DNA of 63,835 nucleotides from Hypanus sabinus (Eukaryota): NCBI RefSeq assembly GCF_030144855.1, contig NC_082716.1, positions 10,974,166 to 11,038,000 of the forward strand, read 5' to 3'. Shown piece by piece: positions 42,240 to 49,621 of this stretch (position 1 is its first letter; each line of letters starts with the position of its first letter). The notes under the pieces were generated by a model. It saw only the letters and a program-made list of their open reading frames with translations, ran no database searches and was not told where the DNA came from. The position numbers and the translations under genes were made by a program.

Positions 42240-42386
42240 GTACAAACAAGCTGGATGAACTCAGCAGGTCAGGCAGCATCCATTGAAATGAGCAGTCAAT
42301 GTTTTGAAGGGTCTCGGCCCGAAACGTCAACTACTTATACCAACGGACACTGCCCAACCTGCTGAGTTCATCCAGCTTGTTTGTAC
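42240..42386. repeat. Fold-back (inverted-repeat) Penelope-like short element
   Basis: gtacaaacaagctggatgaactcagcagg ... cctgctgagttcatccagcttgtttgtac, perfect 29-bp arms. Confidence 0.75.
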
Positions 42387-43207
42387 TGTTACGTACTCGT
42401 GACACATGACAGTGGAGCCCTTGTCACATGACTGGGTTTGAAGCTGTACTGGTCTTGAGGTGATGGTCTTGTGATGGTGGAATGACGTCATTTTCCCACC
42501 AGTAGAGATCATGTGACGGGTTTTTTTTACAGGTTATAAAAGGTAGACCCCACCCTGTGAGGAGGGGCAGTTCGTGGCTGGATTTGCCAGGTTGACTTCA
42601 TGCCACTGCGTGTTTGAAGTGATGACGCAGTTTAGCTGAAGGATGAAGTTTTTATTTAATGCCTAAAGTTTAAGAGGTCATTGCCAGCAGGTTCTTTATG
42701 ATACTGCTAGTTCGGAATTTGTGGAGAGTGAAGATCGAGGAGAATCGCTTTCTACGGTGAAACGGGGGCGACCTTTGTTTGATCCTTATTTGGAAGGATT
42801 TCGTTGACTATCTTCGTGTTAATCCCTAGGTTTAACTAGAAAGGATTGAAGGTAGTGGAGAAGGAAAGGTCAGTGCCTTTAAGCCGTTCTGTTTCGTGAA
42901 TTCTTCGTGGGAAGTTCGACGTCGGGGATCGAAGCAAGCGACGTGAAAGAGAACCTAAATCGTCTTATAAAGTCTCTCCTTTTAAATGGACTGTGAGCAT
43001 ATCGAACATTTGGCAATACCACTTTAAAGAACTGTTTTTGGAATATCACTTTACGAACTGTTTGGGCTGCCGCTCAGCAGCTGTTTCCAGTTACAGTAGT
43101 GTTTGTTTACTTTTGGGGGGTTTGTTTTCTGTGTTTAATAAACGTGTTGTTTGTTATAAGAAACCCTTGCCGAACTCATATATTTATTGTTGCCTGAATA
43201 CGTAACA
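42387..43207 (+). mobile_element. Young solo LTR (Gypsy-like), 821 bp
   Basis: 9-bp inverted termini TGTTACGTA...TACGTAACA; perfect 4-bp TSD GTAC (42383-42386, 43208-43211); TATAAAA 42535, AATAAA 43137; CpG-rich. Confidence 0.9.
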
Positions 43208-43493
43208 GTACGTCTTAATTTGACCACAGCATCTACAGTATACTTCGTGTTAACATCCTTGTAAATCTCCTCTGCACCCTTTCTATAGGATATGAAGACA
43301 GTGAAAGGTAAAATTGGGTGATTAGGTGGAGATACATCACTACCAAAGAAGTCTAAGGTGCTAGCCTACAGGTGTAGATGTAGCACCTGCTTAGACACCT
43401 TCTCCCCCCCCCCCCACTTAGCTAGGGTTAGAAAGAAGTGATGTAGCTCATTTTGCCGGAAGGGCCTTTTCTGTGCTGTTATCTCAAAATAAA

Positions 43494-43568
43494 TACAGTA
43501 CAGTAAATACAAAAGTCTTAGGCACATATATATAGCTAGGATGCCTAAGACTTTTGCACAGTACTGTA
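43494..43568. mobile_element. Tiny palindromic Tc1/mariner-type MITE
   Basis: 15-bp perfect inverted repeat caaaagtcttaggca / tgcctaagacttttg; right end cacagtactg followed by TA. Confidence 0.65.
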
Positions 43569-43957
43569 TTTGTCAGTGTGGTTTGCAAATCTGGTGGGAG
43601 CAAAGGATGCTGGGTACAGTAAGGGTGAAGCACTGCAGGAGGGGTATGGGACAGGTGGCAGAGAAGGAGAGCCAGGTGTGGGTGGAGACATACCCAGACC
43701 TGAGACACCAGGGGAGGTCATTTGATTCCAAACAATTGGTTTATTGATTATTCCAAAATGTCTCTCTGGTGCTTCCTGCTCTCTCCCGTCTCCCTTCTTT
43801 TCCCATCCATAGATCTCATCTCCCTGCCCCCTTCCCACTCTAAATCCACAAAAGAGATCCAATTCAGAATCAGGTTTATCATCACCTACATCTGTCGTTA
43901 ACCTTACTTTTTGTTTTGCAGTAGTACAGTACAATACATAAAATTACTACAGTACTG

Positions 43958-44113
43958 NNNNNNNNNNNNNNNNNNNNNNNNNNNNNNNNNNNNNNNNNNN
44001 NNNNNNNNNNNNNNNNNNNNNNNNNNNNNNNNNNNNNNNNNNNNNNNNNNNNNNNNNNNNNNNNNNNNNNNNNNNNNNNNNNNNNNNNNNNNNNNNNNNN
44101 NNNNNNNNNNNNN
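43958..44113. other. Assembly gap (156 N)
   Basis: Run of N. Confidence 1.
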
Positions 44114-44729
44114 ACAATACTGTAAATAAATAAAATTCTTATAAATTGTTTTTAAAATATTGGAAAAAGAAGTGATGGCGCAATAGTACTCATGGGTTCA
44201 TTGACTGTTCAGAAATCTGATGGAGGAGGAGAGTGAGCTATTTCTGAATGATTGCATGTGTGTTTCTCAAGCTACTGTACCTTCTTTATGGTAGGAATGA
44301 AATGTGAGAGCCGGATGTTAAAGGTCTTTAATGATGAATAACACCTTCTTGAAGCATCACCTCTTGAAGATATCTTGGATGGTTGCTGGTGAGTGTACAA
44401 CGTTCTGCAGCATCTTTTGATCCTGTACATTGGAACCTCTGTACAAGGATGTAGCCAGTCAGAATGTTCACTGCTGTACATTGGAAGAAATTGTAAGAAT
44501 CAAATAGCCAATTTCTGCCTCTATTTCTTGTGATTTTTTTTTCCTATGTACGGCTTTTATGAGCTCCAAAACCCATCAATTTTGATAACTTAGTCTCCCT
44601 CTTTTTCACATTTCAGAGGCATTTGGGATCGATCTAGCTGTCATGTCTTGCAATATCAATTCATGAAGCAAGGTCAAGGCCACCATTCCTTCCAAACCTG
44701 AGATGTGAAGTCCAACAAACTGAAGCTTT

Positions 44730-44921
44730 GCTCTACTTGTCATACATGCATCAAAGCATCAAAATATACGGTACAGCAAAATCAAAACAGCAAAGATGTG
44801 CTGGGAACAGCCCACAGGTTCCCCCTTGCTTCTGGCACCGTCGAAGGATGCACACAACTCACTGACCCTAAGCTGTACATCTCTGGAATGTGGGAGGAAA
44901 CTGGAGCACCCAGAGGAAACC
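44730..44921 (-). mobile_element. SINE-like repeat truncated by insertion of the BEL/Pao array
   Basis: ggaatgtgggaggaaactggagcacccagaggaaacc matches 17678-17713 and breaks off exactly at the first LTR TG. Confidence 0.65.
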
Positions 44922-45594
44922 TGTGCTGTCTTTATGACAGTTATTTAGTTTATAATATTTTCGCTTAGTAATTCATTCAATAGTATTTTCTAGTTAGAAT
45001 TAGAAGTGTTTAAAGTGTATTCATTGCATGTAAAATATATCGGCATGCGATGACGTCACATCCGGTTTCGCCGCATCTTGTGGGAAAACACCGGTTTGAA
45101 ATTAGCGCGAGGGTGGGGGCTTTCCACGAGGCTCACCTGAGCACAAGCAGTTTTGCAGGCATGAGAAATCACAGTGAGAGCAACGCTGTAAGTTAATAGA
45201 TAATCGATATATTGAACTAAGATGTTAATGCTGATCCTGTTAGAAGTAACGACGGTAGATAATGTTTATGCTTTCGTTAGTTAAAGAGTCGCGGATAGTT
45301 TGCATGGAAGTGTATTTAAAGTAGTCAATGGAGCAGGTAAACTCTCCCTGTATACTGCACCTTAGTGTAATGTAGTTATAGTCACCTTTGCAAGTATTTA
45401 CACTTGAAATGTGATATTAAGGAAGGAACAAATACTGTATCAATCTTGTATTGTTTTATCAACAGTTTTCACCATATGTTAATGTGAAGAGTGAACAGTA
45501 AATGGTTAATCTTACTGCGATCTGGTTTGCATTGGCTGTGGTTTATCCGGACGTTAAATTCGGCGTTTCGTTACACCCGAAGGAGAACGTTACA
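44922..45594 (+). repeat. 5' LTR of unit 1 (673 bp, TGTGCTG...GTTACA)
   Basis: Present as 8 full copies plus one partial; this outermost copy has 4 private substitutions. Confidence 0.95.
45051..45066 (-). promoter_or_regulatory. Overlapping ETS-CRE composite motif in the LTR (ACCGGATGTGACGTCA on minus), present in every LTR
   Basis: Perfect CRE palindrome TGACGTCA directly abutting ETS core CCGGATGT. Confidence 0.5.
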
Positions 45595-45604
45595 GTGAAA
45601 AAGC

Positions 45605-45817
45605 GGCATTATCAGGTGTTTCAAGTGCTGCAATGTCAGCTCAATCCAGCATCAAGTCGACGCCGCCCAGCGACAAGGGCAGTAAACCGACATCAAGTAA
45701 GCCCACCCAGGCGTTATCAGGTGTTCCAAGTGCTGCAATGTCAGCTCGATCCGGGATCAAGTCGATGGCGCCCAGCGACAAGGGCAGTAGAACGACATCA
45801 AGTAAGTCCACACAGGC
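45605..45817 (+). repeat. 105-bp tandem duplication spanning the gag start codon
   Basis: ggcattatcaggtgtttcaagtgctgcaATGtcagctc at 45605 repeats as ggcgttatcaggtgttccaagtgctgcaATGtcagctc at 45710. Confidence 0.9.
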
Positions 45818-48800
45818 AAGAGCCAAGGCAGAAGCCGCCAAGGTGCGACTGCATTACGCCAAACAAGAGGCAGTTTTGAAAATGAAACTGGCCACCAAAG
45901 AAGCCGAAAGGGCCGCCAGACAAAGAGAAGAGGCTGCCAGAGAAGCCGAAATCCAGAAAGAAAGGGCCGCCAGAGAAGCCGAAGAGGCCGAAACCCAGTT
46001 GGAAATGACAAAAATATCGACAGAGTTGCATGTGCTGCAGCTAGAAGGAGAAGGAGAAGCTGCCAGGGTGAAAGCAGAGTACATAGAAGAAGCTGAAGGG
46101 TCGCGTGATCTGACCGAAACAAGTTCTGCTTTGGAAAGGACCAGACTGGAACGCACGAGCGACTATGTACAATATCAAGCAGACAGGCAGGCTCGTCTCC
46201 CCTCTCCATACCTATTCGATAACTTCCCCAGCTACGAGGAAGAGAATTTACCCTCGCGGCCCCGCGATGAAGTCAAGAATGAAAGAGCTGACAACCGATA
46301 TACTTTGACACCAAAGTTACAAAGTTCGATGCGAAGAGACGCGGAGGTTGAATCCAGGATGGCAAATTCCATGAGAAACGTGCGTTCTCAGTCATATGAG
46401 CGCCAACGTACTTCTCCAGCCCGCATGCCGCTTGCAGCCGATCCCACGCTGCAGTATTTAGCACGACGGGATCTCGTCACTTCGGGACTGTACCAGTTTG
46501 ACGATAAACCCGAAAATTACCGTGCTTGGCTCTCCACATTCACCAACGTGATTGACGGGGTCCAGCTCAGTGCAACCCAAAGGTTGGACCTTATGGCGAA
46601 ATGGCTGGGGAAAGAATCACGCGACCAGGTGAGACGCATGCGTTCAGTGTACATCAACAAACCTGAGCTAGCCTTAAGCGAAGCGTGGGAGAGACTTTGG
46701 GAGAGATATGGGGCCCCCGACATTATTGAAGCGGCGCTATATCGACGTCTGGGAAACTTTCCTAAGGTGTCAGCCAAAGATCACTTTAAGTTAAGAGAAT
46801 TCGGAGATTTACTCATGGAGATCCAAGGCGCCAAAGAAGATGGCTATTCAGCTGGTTTAGTATTCCTAGATACTCCATCCGGGATTAGACCAATTGTGGA
46901 CAAACTTCCATTTGGGCTGCAGGACAAGTGGCTGACTGTTGCCTCAGAGTACAAGGAAGACCACGATGGTCGATTTCCTCCCTTTGAGCTCCTCACTAGG
47001 TTTGTGTGCAAGGAGGCGAAGAGGCGAAACGACCCTAGCCTTGTAGGTCCAGGAAGCAGTTCGATTTACACCAAGCCAGGCAGATCCGTTTCGAATGTTT
47101 TCAACATTGATAAACCCGTGTCAGTGCTCAAGACCGAAGCCCTTACAACTAACAACGACCCTGGCAAGTATTGTCCATTGCATAACAAACCTCACCCCCT
47201 GAAAGCATGCAGAATGTTTAGGGAAAAACCCCTTGAAGAGAGGACGGCTCTTCTCAAGGAGAAAAGAATATGTTTTAGATGCTGTTCCTCAACCTCTCAC
47301 CTCGCCAGAGAGTGTACGATCGCCGTGAAGTGTCCGGAATGTGGCAGCCCAGATCACGTCGAGGCCATGCATCCCGACCTGTCACCACAAACCGAGAGCG
47401 CTCCTTCACCCCCACAACAGGACGGCGGGGAGGGAGAGGCTCACTCTAGGTCAATAGCTGTCAGCACGAACTGTACAGAAGTTTGCGGTCAAGCTCAGTC
47501 AAGTCGTTCTTGTTCCAAGATCTGCCTCACTAAGGTGTACCCTAAAGGAGCCAAAGACAAGGCCATCAAAGCCTATGTGATTCTGGACGATCAGAGTAAT
47601 CGTTCACTAGTCAGTCCAGAGTTCTTTAAATTGTTCAACATTGAGAGTGAGCGGTTCCCATACTACCTCAAAACTTGCTCAGGCAACATGAAAACCCAAG
47701 GAAGGAAGGCAGAAGGCATCCAGATCGAGTCCCTGGATGGTAAAGTCGTCATCTGTCTCCCTCCGCTCTTAGAGTGCAACGAAATCATGAATAACCGCGC
47801 TGGGATCCCGACACCAAGTGCGGTGCTACACCAGCCGCATCTCCACCACATCGCCAAACACATCCCAGAACTGGATCCGAAAGCGGAAATACTCCTGCTA
47901 TTAGGAAGAGATGTTATCCAGGTACACAAGGTTAGGCAGCAGATCAATGGACCACTCAACGCCCCCTTCGCGCAACGTCTGGATCTGGGCTGGGTGGTGA
48001 TAGGAGAGGTGTGTCTCGGTGACGTACACAAACCGATGGTTAACACACTCAAGACCAATGTGCTAGAGAGTGGCCGCCATTCAATCTTTCAACCCTGCCC
48101 GAGTGTCCCGTGCATCAAGGAAGCACAACAAGGCGTTAACAAGCGCGAGGCAAGCGACGAGTCGCTGGGCCAGTCAGTCTTCGCTCTAACGAAGTATGAC
48201 GACAAACTTGCACAATCAGCTCAAGATACCATTTCTTTAAAAACCGAAGACACCAAGGTCTTCAGAGATGAAGCAAATAATGGGGTTGCCCCATTGCCTA
48301 TCAGAGAACCATGCCAGCGCTCACCAGATAACAAAGAGCAGGCAGTCAAACGGTTCACGTCCTTACTGAAAACCTGGAAAAGGAAACCTGAGATACAGCA
48401 ACGCACCCGATTGGCCCACGAGGTACTGTGCACCCTAATGGCAGAGGTCACAGCCATTATAAACGCACAATCATTCCTACCTGTGTCTTCTGACCCAGAA
48501 AACCCCTTTATACTTTCGCCATCAACGCTCCTTACGCAGAAGGCAGGAGCACCTCCGCCACCAGGAGACTTTTCAGACAAAAAGCAATGGAGACAAGTCC
48601 AGGCTCTGGCAAATCAGTTCTGGCCTCGCTGGAGACAAAAATATCTACCTTTGTTGCAACAGAGACAAAAGTGGACAGAACCCCGCAGGAATCTTCAAGT
48701 TGAAGACTTAGTCCTGCTCAGGGACAAGCAAGCCGCTCGCAACAGCTGGCCAACGGCCAGAATCACTGCTACATTCCCTAGCGAGGATGGACATGTCAGG

Positions 48801-48890
48801 AAGATCGAATTGAAGACTACCAACCAAGGCGATGTGAAAATTTACCAAGGGCCAGTTACAGAAGTTATTCTACTTCTACCCAATGACTGA
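45633..48890 (+). CDS. BEL/Pao Gag-protease-truncated integrase polyprotein (1085 aa), lacking RT, RNase H and integrase core
   Basis: Gag (FDDKPENYRAWLSTF..AWERLWERYG); three Cys/His knuckles CPLHNKPHPLKAC, CFRCCSSTSHLAREC, CPECGSPDHVEAMH; protease ILDDQSNRSL..LLLGRD..LGWVVIG; integrase C-terminal EVTAIINA..QWRQVQALANQFWPRWRQKYL..KW..DGHVRKI. Confidence 0.9.
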   Translation: MSAQSSIKSTPPSDKGSKPTSSKPTQALSGVPSAAMSARSGIKSMAPSDKGSRTTSSKSTQARAKAEAAKVRLHYAKQEAVLKMKLATKEAERAARQREEAAREAEIQKERAAREAEEAETQLEMTKISTELHVLQLEGEGEAARVKAEYIEEAEGSRDLTETSSALERTRLERTSDYVQYQADRQARLPSPYLFDNFPSYEEENLPSRPRDEVKNERADNRYTLTPKLQSSMRRDAEVESRMANSMRNVRSQSYERQRTSPARMPLAADPTLQYLARRDLVTSGLYQFDDKPENYRAWLSTFTNVIDGVQLSATQRLDLMAKWLGKESRDQVRRMRSVYINKPELALSEAWERLWERYGAPDIIEAALYRRLGNFPKVSAKDHFKLREFGDLLMEIQGAKEDGYSAGLVFLDTPSGIRPIVDKLPFGLQDKWLTVASEYKEDHDGRFPPFELLTRFVCKEAKRRNDPSLVGPGSSSIYTKPGRSVSNVFNIDKPVSVLKTEALTTNNDPGKYCPLHNKPHPLKACRMFREKPLEERTALLKEKRICFRCCSSTSHLARECTIAVKCPECGSPDHVEAMHPDLSPQTESAPSPPQQDGGEGEAHSRSIAVSTNCTEVCGQAQSSRSCSKICLTKVYPKGAKDKAIKAYVILDDQSNRSLVSPEFFKLFNIESERFPYYLKTCSGNMKTQGRKAEGIQIESLDGKVVICLPPLLECNEIMNNRAGIPTPSAVLHQPHLHHIAKHIPELDPKAEILLLLGRDVIQVHKVRQQINGPLNAPFAQRLDLGWVVIGEVCLGDVHKPMVNTLKTNVLESGRHSIFQPCPSVPCIKEAQQGVNKREASDESLGQSVFALTKYDDKLAQSAQDTISLKTEDTKVFRDEANNGVAPLPIREPCQRSPDNKEQAVKRFTSLLKTWKRKPEIQQRTRLAHEVLCTLMAEVTAIINAQSFLPVSSDPENPFILSPSTLLTQKAGAPPPPGDFSDKKQWRQVQALANQFWPRWRQKYLPLLQQRQKWTEPRRNLQVEDLVLLRDKQAARNSWPTARITATFPSEDGHVRKIELKTTNQGDVKIYQGPVTEVILLLPND

Positions 48891-48922
48891 TTAAGAGACT
48901 AAGTTTTGTACTCTGCTCATTG

Positions 48923-48948
48923 TGACCTTACGAAGGTCAAGCGGGGAG
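48923..48948 (+). other. Hairpin (TGACCTT-acg-AAGGTCA) and polypurine tract (AAGCGGGGAG) directly before the 3' LTR
   Basis: Purine-rich tract abuts the LTR TG at 48949; identical in all four units. Confidence 0.8.
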
Positions 48949-49621
48949 TGTGCTGTCTTTACGACAGTTATTTAGTTTATAATATTTTCGCTTAGTAATT
49001 CATTCAATAGTATTTTCTAGTTAGAATTAGAAGTGTTTAAAGTGTATTCATTGCATGTAAAATATATCGGCATGCGATGACGTCACATCCGGTTTCGCCG
49101 CGTCTTGTGGGAAAACACCGGTTTGAAATTAGCGCGAGGGTGGGGGCTTTCCACGAGGCTCACCTGAGCACAAGCAGTTTTGCAGGCATGAGAAATCACA
49201 GTGAGAGCAACGCTGTAAGTTAATAGATAATCGATATATTGAACTAAGATGTTAATGCTGATCCTGTTAGAGGTAACGACGGTAGATAATGTTTATGCTT
49301 TCGTTAGTTAAAGAGTCGCGGATAGTTTGCATGGAAGTGTATTTAAAGTAGTCAATGGAGCAGGTAAACTCTCCCTGTATACTGCACCTTAGTGTAATGT
49401 AGTTATAGTCACCTTTGCAAGTATTTACACTTGAAATGTGATATTAAGTAAGGAACAAATACTGTATCAATCTTGTATTGTTTTATCAACAGTTTTCACC
49501 ATATGTTAATGTGAAGAGTGAACAGTAAATGGTTAATCTTACTGCGATCTGGTTTGCATTGGCTGTGGTTTATCCGGACGTTAAATTCGGCGTTTCGTTA
49601 CACCCGAAGGAGAACGTTATA
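48949..49621 (+). repeat. 3' LTR of unit 1 (ends GTTATA)
   Basis: 673 bp, terminal TA instead of CA, joined directly to the next LTR. Confidence 0.95.

Larger units (their letters stand above)
41780..43290 (-). mobile_element. CR1 3' fragment hosting nested insertions
   Basis: ORF 41868-42245 ELGLFSLEQWRMRDDLIEVYEMMRG..RGKFFTQ; CR1 resumes at ~43252 (aacatccttgtaaatctcctctgcaccct). Confidence 0.8.
44922..49621 (+). mobile_element. BEL/Pao LTR element unit 1 (5' LTR 44922-45594, 3' LTR 48949-49621)
   Basis: 673-bp direct repeats, TG...CA at the 5' LTR, PPT before the 3' LTR, BEL Gag/protease ORF. Confidence 0.95.

Noticed and set aside
43911-44129. 72-aa ORF with X run
   Set aside because: Artefact of the N gap
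45633-48890. Interpreting the 1085-aa ORF as an established host gene family
   Set aside because: It is flanked by intact LTRs and a PPT, is intronless, and two of four copies are disrupted; domestication is not shown
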